Source: a virus
Length of the DNA stretch: 64,000 nucleotides
Virus record (IMG/VR): IMGVR_UViG_3300006947_000003
Span: 32,001-96,000 of that record
Strand: one strand, 5' to 3'
A model generated the notes under the pieces. It was not told where the DNA came from and searched no databases. It saw nothing but the letters and a program-made list of their open reading frames with translations. A program made the translations under genes and the position numbers. Numbering within the stretch: the first letter of the stretch is position 1; each line of letters starts with the position of its first letter. This document shows positions 28,467 through 37,591 of this stretch, piece by piece.

Positions 28467-30485
28467 TTACAACAATCTCCTATTTAATTTCATCACATCT
28501 CTCATTTCTATATCTACATTTTCAGCATCACGTTCGGGTATTGTAATAGGAACACCGTTTATGAGATAATTGTATTCGTTGATTAACCATGCTATATCTT
28601 TTTTAAATCCTATACATCTATTAGTACACATCATCGAATATACTCTAGCTAGAAATTCATCTTCGCGTTTCACTACAGGCTTATCTTTATAAAGCTTCAA
28701 ACCACTTAAATGTTCTAATAATGGGAAATTTGGGTTGGCCATAAAATTTTGATGTCTAAAATAGTCAGCATCAGACCATTGTCGATTATAAGGACCACCT
28801 AGTGATCTAATTCTATCTTCTTCCATCCATTTCCTACTTCCTGCGGTATGCGTGCCACCGAGGCGATTACAGTACTTTAAGCTGGCATAGATACCGCTGT
28901 GCTGATGTGTTCCTTTTGGCTTACCGTTTACAGAATCAATTGTGCCACCTACACATGTTTGAGGTGTTTGTTGATAATGTATTAAATTCCTAGGCGCTAC
29001 AATAAAATTATCTTGATTCCAAAACGTGTGTAACCTGGCCATTGTTTCTTGTGAAAGCATATTGAAGCCAGGATTCCATACTGAATATCCGCCGGTCATG
29101 CCGGTGAGTACTGAGCCTACGACTCCGTGGACACTACTGCTGGGCGGCGTTGTCACTGTGCCTGGAACATCGCCAGATCCCCATTTTGCTTCTTTAAGGA
29201 AATGAGCTGATTCATGCATTGTTGTAATTAAATGATCCCCAAAATCAGGCGAGGGAGCCGCCATTGAAATAGTCATCGAGTCTTGGGGGCCACGGATGTT
29301 CCTGCTTGAATTGCCTGAGGTAAACCCATACAGAATTGTTTGATTATTCATATCTGCTTTGTTGATTCTTCCAGCAATGTAGTCGTCTACCCAGGTTAAA
29401 TTCCCAGGATCAATCGAAAATTCATAGTCTATAATATAAAATGGAATTTTCTTAACATCAACGCCGCTATTTACTTCAGTTAAGTAAGGAGAAACTGGGC
29501 AATCCCACGAATCGATTGATTGTTTTAATTCTGACAGGTTAATATATTTGTTATCATGTCCATCCTGTAATGCTAATTTTATTGAAGATATGAACTCATT
29601 TTTTAAGTGATCTGATCCTATTCTATAAACCGTAATCTTTCCGCCATCTCGAGCCACATTGGAGTAGTAATGTTGATATACTTTTACAGTAGTATTAACC
29701 GATCCAATTGGCAGGCTAGCTAGCCTTGAAGCCCAAGGAACAAACTTGTCAAAATTTAATTTTGTGTCAACAACAGTAGTGCCTACCATAGCATTCTTGG
29801 TTACTTCAGGACCCATTATAGCAGTTATATCTATCGGAATTGTGTATAGCGATGGTTGAGTGCCACGCCAAGTTAAGTGTTCTATATATTTGTCGCCATC
29901 AAGTACTTCTATTTTAGACCAAAGAGATGTTAATACTTGGTCAACTGTAGTTCCGTCGTCTACCCATGTACATGGTGTACTTGCCCATCCTGTACCAATA
30001 GTCTGGTTGGACATTAGCATATCAATGTTAGGGATAGCTTTTTGTTTTTCCTCTGTGTCGGCGTTGTCAACTAACGCTTTTATTCTAGCTTGTTCTCTAG
30101 TTCTTACTGCTTGAAGCTCGTTTATTTTTATTTCTTCTATTTTGTCTGGCAGAACTGATGCTGGATTATATACAGTATAAACAGTATTATCGTCACCGAT
30201 AAACACATTGTCACTACCACTAGCAGATTTATTAGGTACCCAACTAGAATGGCCACCTGTAGGATCATCTTTTCTATGAACTTCTAAATCGTTTATAAAG
30301 ACATTTGAACTGCCGCCAACCGCAGGGTCGCCACAAGAAGTTGTGTCGCCTATTCTTACAGTATTTTGATCATTTGTTATTACATCAGCTGACCCTGTAG
30401 CATATAGGTTTTGATGAAATGGATTTGGTGTGGGTGATGCATGGCCGACATGTTTATCAACCCCTACCCTAGTTACTGCGGCCAT
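28467..30485 (-). CDS. PAAR (gp5.4-like) spike-tip protein with ~570-aa C-terminal extension containing HExxH
   Basis: First ~98 aa are PAAR-like (RVGVD.H.GH...GS..V...R.GD...CG...GS.NVF); HESAH in the extension; lies directly after the gp5-like gene. Confidence 0.75.
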   Translation of the reverse strand: MAAVTRVGVDKHVGHASPTPNPFHQNLYATGSADVITNDQNTVRIGDTTSCGDPAVGGSSNVFINDLEVHRKDDPTGGHSSWVPNKSASGSDNVFIGDDNTVYTVYNPASVLPDKIEEIKINELQAVRTREQARIKALVDNADTEEKQKAIPNIDMLMSNQTIGTGWASTPCTWVDDGTTVDQVLTSLWSKIEVLDGDKYIEHLTWRGTQPSLYTIPIDITAIMGPEVTKNAMVGTTVVDTKLNFDKFVPWASRLASLPIGSVNTTVKVYQHYYSNVARDGGKITVYRIGSDHLKNEFISSIKLALQDGHDNKYINLSELKQSIDSWDCPVSPYLTEVNSGVDVKKIPFYIIDYEFSIDPGNLTWVDDYIAGRINKADMNNQTILYGFTSGNSSRNIRGPQDSMTISMAAPSPDFGDHLITTMHESAHFLKEAKWGSGDVPGTVTTPPSSSVHGVVGSVLTGMTGGYSVWNPGFNMLSQETMARLHTFWNQDNFIVAPRNLIHYQQTPQTCVGGTIDSVNGKPKGTHQHSGIYASLKYCNRLGGTHTAGSRKWMEEDRIRSLGGPYNRQWSDADYFRHQNFMANPNFPLLEHLSGLKLYKDKPVVKREDEFLARVYSMMCTNRCIGFKKDIAWLINEYNYLINGVPITIPERDAENVDIEMRDVMKLNRRLL

Positions 30486-30487
30486 AC

Positions 30488-31873
30488 CTATTCTCCTGTG
30501 CTACTAGTACCGACTACTAATACGCCGTCTACACCTATTGTAACACTTACTTGACTAGTTAAGCCAGCGGCTGTTTTGTCTTGTGTAAAAGATGCCGGAT
30601 CATAATCTTCATGTTGTCCCCACGGTTCGTGGTTTGGTATTCTTGCTGTTGCTGATCCTGTATGTTCTGGCGGTAGATTGCCGCCAGAGTTCATGTGAAT
30701 TAACGCACCTTTTTGTAAAATGTTTCCTGTTGATCTTATTCCTATAGTCCCAACAGAGTCGATAGATGTAATACCTGTTGTTACTATATCAGTGTCACCA
30801 CTTGCCATCATATTAATATTCTTTGCTTTTACATTAAAGTTTTCATCTGCTGTAATATTATAATCGCCTTTTGTGTGAAGACTAACTGAGTCAGTAGCAA
30901 ATATATCAATTTTGCCTTCTGAAGTTATTTCAACCCAAGATGTACCTTTTGAGTTTGCTATGTATATTAAATCTTTCTTATCGTGTAATAGTATTTGAGC
31001 GCCTTTACCAGAACGTAATCTAATTAAGTTATTGTTGCCATCAATTGTTCCGTCATCCATACTAAACGAATGCCCTGGCTTCCTGTTCAAAATATCTATC
31101 TCACTTAATGTTAATGTGTCTGGGGAGTTTTTATATTTTTCTAATATAGCAGGATTGTCTTCTGGGTCAGGCACTGGTCTTCCTTTGGTCGACATACCTA
31201 ATACACTAGCAGGTGCTTCTCGTTCGATACTAGTTATGGTTGTTCCTCTAGTAGTATCAAATAACAATCCTTGGGTTTTAAGAGTAGTTGCCATCAGTTT
31301 ATCAAATGCCCATTTTACTTTTTGTACTGCTTCTAAACTTGCTTGTTTTATTGATTTTAAGTTTTTCTCTAATACAGGAAAGGTAATACCTGTTTCATAA
31401 AACGTGGCCTTGTCGGCATCACTAAATGATATATTTCCTTTATGTTTAGAACTGCCCCTTCCTATTGTTGTTGTATTTTGGAAAGCAGTTGGAATAAAAG
31501 CAATTATATAACCCTGTGCCCGGTCACCATTAGCAAACACAACTAAACAATTTGTGCCAACATCAGGTGCTGATATAGTTATGCCGTAACTTGAACTGCC
31601 GTCCCAAGTTTCTTTAGATCGTGTATTACTTCCGGTAGTGTACGGTGTATTGCCATAATGCGGCAATGCGATTGTAACATCGAGCCATGTATTTGGATTG
31701 TCAATTGAAGTATTGCTTGTAGCATCTATTAATGCTACAGACACTCTGTTGTTTTTTGTGGGATCACCCACAGCTTTTATTTCAGCAACAAACGGGCCTG
31801 CTTGGTCAGTCGGGCCGTACTGTTTGCCTGTACGAGTTTTATCTGTTTTGTAAACTGGTACTCTATTTTCCAT
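30488..31873 (-). CDS. Baseplate central spike, gp5/VgrG-like, with no lysozyme domain evident
   Basis: OB-fold (DP...RV.V...PDVGT..LVVF..GD), GHSFSMDDG, beta-helix repeats, P.HEPW end. Confidence 0.75.
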   Translation of the reverse strand: MENRVPVYKTDKTRTGKQYGPTDQAGPFVAEIKAVGDPTKNNRVSVALIDATSNTSIDNPNTWLDVTIALPHYGNTPYTTGSNTRSKETWDGSSSYGITISAPDVGTNCLVVFANGDRAQGYIIAFIPTAFQNTTTIGRGSSKHKGNISFSDADKATFYETGITFPVLEKNLKSIKQASLEAVQKVKWAFDKLMATTLKTQGLLFDTTRGTTITSIEREAPASVLGMSTKGRPVPDPEDNPAILEKYKNSPDTLTLSEIDILNRKPGHSFSMDDGTIDGNNNLIRLRSGKGAQILLHDKKDLIYIANSKGTSWVEITSEGKIDIFATDSVSLHTKGDYNITADENFNVKAKNINMMASGDTDIVTTGITSIDSVGTIGIRSTGNILQKGALIHMNSGGNLPPEHTGSATARIPNHEPWGQHEDYDPASFTQDKTAAGLTSQVSVTIGVDGVLVVGTSSTGE

Positions 31874-31876
31874 AAT

Positions 31877-34465
31877 TTATCCCACGTTGTTCCAATCTAT
31901 GTCCATTGCCACAGTAACGTCGCCATCAGGAACATTTGTTTTCCAAGCTTCATATCCTGTTGTGCCTGGTTGGATATCTGCATGTATAGTAGATTCGCCT
32001 TCAGGCTCTTTTTCAATTTCTTGATTAGTTACCCGTATTATTTCTAATTCTTGTTTAAATGTGTTATTTTCTATCGTTGTTTTAATTAACGTAATTTTGT
32101 AATAACCACTAAACAAACTAATACTATTTCCATACTCGGTGTCGCCGCTGTGCGTTGCCATTAATCCTGTTTCGGTATCAATGTCAGGCGGCGTCTTAAA
32201 ATTAATTTGAATAGTAGGATCTCGGTGTGTATTAACTGAACCATTTACATACAGTGAATTATTTACTGATAATCCAAATCCCTCGTCTTGTGTGATCCAA
32301 TCCGGGTCACCGACGATTGTTATCTTTCCAGTCATTGCGTCAACACCTTTCGAGTATATCTGCGACATAAAATTCTGGGCCATAACAGTTCGATAATCTG
32401 ATTTACTACCAGCACTCCAATCGTTTTGGTCAGTTCTAGTAAGGCTATAAGCTCTGTGATCAAACACTACATGGCCTTGGGCATCTCCAAATCTATAAAC
32501 TGGAACTATTGAAGTACCTAGGGGTGTTGCGCCTTTGTCGATGGCATTTTCAAGCCCTGACGCATATCCGCCTATCATCTTCTTTTGAAATCCTGCGGCA
32601 CTAAAATCTAAATCAAAATCTAATACATCTTTATTTTGGCCGGTATATATCCAATTGTACTTCTTAACAATATCCGTTGTACCGTACGAAGGTAACGAAT
32701 CTGGAGAATTACCTTTCGATTCGTGTAACGTTATAACATATTTAATTTTTTTCTGGTATTGTCCTCTAGTATTATCCCACTCTCCTACTGTTACAATTGG
32801 TGTTATTTTATAAAGTAAAATCGGTGACTTTTCTGATTCTATTAATTTATACGTTGTTGCAGGATCATTGAACATAGGTCCAGCTTTTGTTTTTTCATAT
32901 CCCGGCTGTACAGTAACCTGGTCAGTCATAAATGAACTAGATGAAATTATGGTATGAATAACATTAACAATTGACACACCAGCGTTTAATTGAATTGATT
33001 TGCTACCCTTTGGGTTAACTGCTGAAATATTGCTTTTATACTGTAGAATTCCTGGTGCATCTAGCTTGCCGGTGTATACAGCGTAATTATTAATATCTAG
33101 AGAATCAGCTTTTAGGATTTTAGCATTTAATAATTTTTTCATGTTTTCGGGGCCGCATCCATTGTCTATCGAAAAAGAATACTCATCCGGGAAATCAGGC
33201 TTTGTTATATTTCTGCCGGCATCTTGGATATTTTCGGTCCATTGTTGATTTATAATATCTGGGAAATCCTTAAAGCCTAAGCCTTTTTTAGCAACTGTAA
33301 CTGTTTTATTTTGATAACCTAATTGAGGTACGCCAAGTTGCGTCACTTGTTGTCTGTTAACATACTGAATACCCTGACTTGTATTATTATCTACAGCATA
33401 TCCTACTTCAGTAATGCCGAAAAAATCAGCTATAGTTTCACAGTTAACTTGTATATCATTTGGCAAAGAACCAGTAGTTTCACTAAATGCCGAATCGGAA
33501 TATTTATACAATGATACATTATACTCTGATCCGTTCTGTGAAACATTGAAGTTAATGTCGCCAATTTTTAACATTAAATATTTTGTGGAATTGTCTAGTG
33601 TTACTGGTCTCCCTGAATCGTCGACGCCTTTAAAACTTATCTTTAACATATAAGGCATTTCAATATACCACTTGCTTTTAAACCCAACTGCCGCTTTTAT
33701 TAAGTTCTCTAATAATGTAGCCCCGTAAGGCTCAGATATTTTCATACTTACGTTAGTTACTTTTGCTCCAGCGTGTGATTTTGTGCCAACATAACTATCA
33801 ATGCTAATATCGTCAATATGATAATTTTTTTGAAAGAATCGATTATGATTAGAATTGCCGCCTGTTAATGTTCGTTGAACACCAGCTGAGCTCATTAATA
33901 ATCTTCCTGGTTTTTTAGCGAAATTAAATGCTAACGTAGAGAAACTATCTGTGGGGTTTGTTGATATTAATGTATCTTGAATGTCATTAAAATCCTCAAA
34001 CGGCATCATATAAAAGTCATATTGAATACTATATGATGCTAGTGTGTGTAATTGATTTGGTCTGATATCTACTCGCTTTTTAGATGTCCCTTTTGCTGTG
34101 GCAGATGCATCTGTGTTTTCAACAATAACTTGATCTTCTACATCGGCCTCTTGCCCAACACCAACCTCAACAGGTGTCGAAACAGCTACAACTGGCGGAG
34201 TAAGAAAGGCTGTACCACCATCTTCATCGTTCAGATGTGTCTTCAGAATTTCGAGCTCGTCCTCAAGAAGTTCAACTCTATCCTCATGATCGACCATCTC
34301 GTCCGCGTCATAATATTTTGTTACGCCATCGGCTTCATATCCACCGAGTACACCGTCTTCCCATAAAAGCTTCGAATCACCTACATTGTTGCCATACTCA
34401 TCTACCGCAATAAAGGCGGCAAGTTCTGCCTCGGATTGCTGAATCTCAAGTTCTATGGGTGTCAT
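31877..34465 (-). CDS. Baseplate hub/tail protein (gp27-like position)
   Basis: N.LH...SY, I.EPYG..L, KKYNWIYTG.N.DV, I.GDP.W, SGYY motifs; upstream of gp5-like gene. Confidence 0.55.
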   Translation of the reverse strand: MTPIELEIQQSEAELAAFIAVDEYGNNVGDSKLLWEDGVLGGYEADGVTKYYDADEMVDHEDRVELLEDELEILKTHLNDEDGGTAFLTPPVVAVSTPVEVGVGQEADVEDQVIVENTDASATAKGTSKKRVDIRPNQLHTLASYSIQYDFYMMPFEDFNDIQDTLISTNPTDSFSTLAFNFAKKPGRLLMSSAGVQRTLTGGNSNHNRFFQKNYHIDDISIDSYVGTKSHAGAKVTNVSMKISEPYGATLLENLIKAAVGFKSKWYIEMPYMLKISFKGVDDSGRPVTLDNSTKYLMLKIGDINFNVSQNGSEYNVSLYKYSDSAFSETTGSLPNDIQVNCETIADFFGITEVGYAVDNNTSQGIQYVNRQQVTQLGVPQLGYQNKTVTVAKKGLGFKDFPDIINQQWTENIQDAGRNITKPDFPDEYSFSIDNGCGPENMKKLLNAKILKADSLDINNYAVYTGKLDAPGILQYKSNISAVNPKGSKSIQLNAGVSIVNVIHTIISSSSFMTDQVTVQPGYEKTKAGPMFNDPATTYKLIESEKSPILLYKITPIVTVGEWDNTRGQYQKKIKYVITLHESKGNSPDSLPSYGTTDIVKKYNWIYTGQNKDVLDFDLDFSAAGFQKKMIGGYASGLENAIDKGATPLGTSIVPVYRFGDAQGHVVFDHRAYSLTRTDQNDWSAGSKSDYRTVMAQNFMSQIYSKGVDAMTGKITIVGDPDWITQDEGFGLSVNNSLYVNGSVNTHRDPTIQINFKTPPDIDTETGLMATHSGDTEYGNSISLFSGYYKITLIKTTIENNTFKQELEIIRVTNQEIEKEPEGESTIHADIQPGTTGYEAWKTNVPDGDVTVAMDIDWNNVG

Positions 34466-34466
34466 G

Positions 34467-34766
34467 TTATAGTCCTAATGCCGTAGTAACCGTATTCCTC
34501 GTTGGCAATCGTATTATAGTGCCGGCAGTAAAGTCCCATATAGGATCTTTAATTATGTCTCGGTTACGGTTAACAAACACCCACCATAATCCTACGTTAC
34601 CGTATAAATCAAATGCTAATAAATCTGGTCGATGTTCGTATTTTTTCATAATAGTATATGATGGATCGTCATCTTCGTTGGGAATAGTTCGCATATTTAA
34701 GATATCTAATTCGTTATTAAATTGTGTTGTTTCTAGATAAGGGCTAGAATTTGAATATGTTGCCAT
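34467..34766 (-). CDS. Baseplate wedge protein, gp53/LysM-like
   Basis: YEHRPDLLAFDLYG...LWWV...N...P..DF.AG..I.LP. Confidence 0.8.
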   Translation of the reverse strand: MATYSNSSPYLETTQFNNELDILNMRTIPNEDDDPSYTIMKKYEHRPDLLAFDLYGNVGLWWVFVNRNRDIIKDPIWDFTAGTIIRLPTRNTVTTALGL

Positions 34767-35536
34767 TATAGGAATCCACCTTTATCTGAAATCATTTGGC
34801 CGGTTGCTATGTCCTTCATACTAAATTTCGATAACTGGTCCCTACTGTATACTGGCATCATTGTTATAGATACATCTGTCATTGTTGGTACATTATCAGT
34901 GCCTATTGTTATATAATCAACTTCTCTAGGTAATGTTAAATCAAATGATGTTATAACAACTGGAACATTTGGAAGTATGTTTTGGCCGTGTCCTGATAAC
35001 CTAAGGGTAATAGGAGGGTTTCCAGCATGTGGGTCGTCGTTTCTAAAACTCTTTGTTACTAATCGCATAAACGTAATAACTGCTAACACGTATTCTGCTT
35101 CAGCAACAGTTTGTGCTGTAAACTGGCCAAATATGTTAATTGTTCCGACAGATGAATTTTGATATACCTGATATGCATAATTTGTGTGTGCCGGTGACAT
35201 ACTGCTATAAGATGCTGTATTGTTTATAACTATTTGCGGCACAAACGGGAATACTACACCGTTAGATGCCCGTAAGGGCTCCAACAGCCAATTTTTCTTA
35301 TTATTGTAGAACATGTTCTTTGCACCAGGTGGCAGTGACAATCTTACCCGATTGTCTCTACGGTCATGTAGTGTAGCACCTGTATCATACGAAACCGGGG
35401 TAAACCAGGACTCTATCGGATATCCTTCTACGCCAACGCCAGTTAGTTCTGCGGGATCTGTAAAAGGTGTTCCTTCCCAGGTCCAATAACGACTTCCATA
35501 GACACGGTCGTCTTGTGTTGGGTTATTATCTGCCAT
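34766..35536 (-). CDS. Baseplate/tail-tube initiator-like protein (gp48/gp54 position)
   Basis: GVVFPFVP, GNPP..L.L.G.G...PNVPVVI motifs. Start moved from 35593 to ATG 35536 because of an AAGGA RBS and a late promoter at 35565. Confidence 0.55.
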   Translation of the reverse strand: MADNNPTQDDRVYGSRYWTWEGTPFTDPAELTGVGVEGYPIESWFTPVSYDTGATLHDRRDNRVRLSLPPGAKNMFYNNKKNWLLEPLRASNGVVFPFVPQIVINNTASYSSMSPAHTNYAYQVYQNSSVGTINIFGQFTAQTVAEAEYVLAVITFMRLVTKSFRNDDPHAGNPPITLRLSGHGQNILPNVPVVITSFDLTLPREVDYITIGTDNVPTMTDVSITMMPVYSRDQLSKFSMKDIATGQMISDKGGFL

Positions 35537-35564
35537 ATTAATTCCTTTTTGTTCTTGCTCTTTG

Positions 35565-35572
35565 TATTTATA
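35565..35572 (-). promoter_or_regulatory. T4-type late promoter heading the baseplate module
   Basis: Exact TATAAATA on the minus strand. Confidence 0.7.
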
Positions 35573-35611
35573 TATGTTATTATATGAGTACATAATAAAA
35601 GGAGTTGATTT

Positions 35612-36523
35612 ATGGCTAGGAAAAAGTATTTAAATAATAGAGATATTTTAAAACAAATACATATTAGTAAGAATAGTTACAATTCGTATATTGATGACCA
35701 GACTGATTCACAATTTGATATCATTTTGCTCAGTGTGGATAAAATTAATATTAGAACTACAGCAGAGGGCAAACGTAATCGTGCCGCTCGAATTCAAAAA
35801 TTGGCCTACACAGCCGCAGTCGAAAGCGGGCAAAAAGTCAAGCAGGCTGAATTTGCTGTTGATTGGAAGAAGATTAAAAAGCACGAAGTAGTATTTCGTG
35901 TAATGACGTTTGAGCATATCCCACTAGAACCAGGCAGGAAAAAGAATCCCAAAACATTAGCAGATCATCACACTAGATGTAATTTCCCGCCATTTAATCA
36001 TTATCGATTTGACGAGAAGTCTGGAGAATTAATACGTGTAGGCAAATCTCATTGGAATGGTGGATTAGAAAACGGTAATTTCGATAAAGAACACGGTAGT
36101 GTTAATCGGGAATTAGCAAAGATGTTTATGAAGTTATGTGAACGTTATGCTACTAGATCTAACTGGCGAGGGTATACGTATAACGACGAAATGCGAAGTA
36201 CTGCTTTACTACAATTAGCACAAATTGGATTACAATTTGACGAATCTAAATCAGAAAATCCGTTCGCATATTACACAGCGGCAATCACTAATAGTTTTAC
36301 TAGGGTGTTAAATTTAGAAAAAAAGAACCAAATTATCAGAGATGATATACTAGAAGAAGCCGGGTTAATGCCAAGCTTCACTAGGCAAACAGAGAATGAG
36401 ATAGCATCTGGTAAAATGCAAATGTCTGGCAAAAACGGCCCTGTTACTACGTTTAAAGCTGAAGATTTAACTGAAGAAGAACTAAATGTGCTGTTGACTG
36501 AACGAGACGGCGACGAAGATTGA
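35612..36523 (+). CDS. Late-transcription sigma factor, gp55-like
   Basis: YLNN..., NWRGYTYNDEM...FDESKSENPFAYYT...F...EKK; precedes gp47/gp46. Confidence 0.8.
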   Translation: MARKKYLNNRDILKQIHISKNSYNSYIDDQTDSQFDIILLSVDKINIRTTAEGKRNRAARIQKLAYTAAVESGQKVKQAEFAVDWKKIKKHEVVFRVMTFEHIPLEPGRKKNPKTLADHHTRCNFPPFNHYRFDEKSGELIRVGKSHWNGGLENGNFDKEHGSVNRELAKMFMKLCERYATRSNWRGYTYNDEMRSTALLQLAQIGLQFDESKSENPFAYYTAAITNSFTRVLNLEKKNQIIRDDILEEAGLMPSFTRQTENEIASGKMQMSGKNGPVTTFKAEDLTEEELNVLLTERDGDED

Positions 36524-36525
36524 GT

Positions 36526-36554
36526 TTGACAATTAGTCTTATATGTAGTATAAT
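36526..36554 (+). promoter_or_regulatory. Consensus sigma70 promoter for gp47-gp46 and downstream genes
   Basis: TTGACA (36526-36531), 17 nt, TATAAT (36549-36554). Confidence 0.85.
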
Positions 36555-36574
36555 GATATAAACAAGGTAGGTAT

Positions 36575-37591
36575 ATGACAGATAATTTATTTAAAAAGGC
36601 AATTGCCTTTACAGATATTCATTTTGGCAATAAGTCTAACTCGACATTATTTAATGACGATTGTTTAGAGTTTGTTCAATGGGTAATTAAGCAAGGTAAA
36701 GAACAAGGATGCGACACTTGTTTATTTCTAGGTGATTGGCATCATCATAGAGCGGCAATTAACGTTGCTACGCTCAATTATAGCATTAAAGCCATTGACT
36801 CATTAAGCAAAGCATTTGAAAAAATTGTGTTTATTCCTGGTAATCATGATGAATACTATCGTGATAAACGAGATTATAACTCTATAGCATGGATTAAAAA
36901 TTATTCCAATATTACAATTTACAATGATGTTACTATTGACGGCGATGTTGCTATTGTGCCGTGGCTTGTTGGTGATGAACATAAAAGCATTAGTAAATTA
37001 AAAGCCAAATACATGTTTGGACACTTAGAACTCCCTCACTTTTATATGAACGCCCAGGTAAAAATGCCTGATACTGGTGTATTAAAAGACAAAGATTTTG
37101 GTGGTGTAGAACATGCTTTTAGTGGGCACTTTCATAAACGACAAACAAGAGGAAACATTACATACATTGGTAATGCTTTCCCCCACAATTATTCTGACGC
37201 TTGGGATGATGAACGCGGCGCGATGGTTTTAGAATGGGATAAAGAGCCAGAATATTTTGCTTGGCCTGATGCTCCGAAATATAAAACACTAAAATTAGGA
37301 CAATTATTAGACGACCCGGACAAATATTTGTTGCCTAAGACATATGCTAGAGTCATGCTAGACATTGAAATTAGCTACGAAGAAGCAAATTTCATACGAG
37401 AAAACTTCATGGACAAATACCCAATACGTGAATTGAGCTTAATTCAGCAAAAGTTAGAAGATACACAAGTCGACGAAACAATGGAAATTAATTTTGAATC
37501 AGTTGACAGTATTGTTTACAGCCAGCTTGACGCTGTACAGAGTGATTTTTATGATAAAAACCTCTTAACCGAAATATATAGGAATCTTTAA
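36575..37591 (+). CDS. Recombination nuclease subunit, gp47/Mre11/SbcD-like
   Basis: DIHFG, LGD, GNHD, GH, SGHFH metallophosphoesterase motifs. Confidence 0.9.
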   Translation: MTDNLFKKAIAFTDIHFGNKSNSTLFNDDCLEFVQWVIKQGKEQGCDTCLFLGDWHHHRAAINVATLNYSIKAIDSLSKAFEKIVFIPGNHDEYYRDKRDYNSIAWIKNYSNITIYNDVTIDGDVAIVPWLVGDEHKSISKLKAKYMFGHLELPHFYMNAQVKMPDTGVLKDKDFGGVEHAFSGHFHKRQTRGNITYIGNAFPHNYSDAWDDERGAMVLEWDKEPEYFAWPDAPKYKTLKLGQLLDDPDKYLLPKTYARVMLDIEISYEEANFIRENFMDKYPIRELSLIQQKLEDTQVDETMEINFESVDSIVYSQLDAVQSDFYDKNLLTEIYRNL

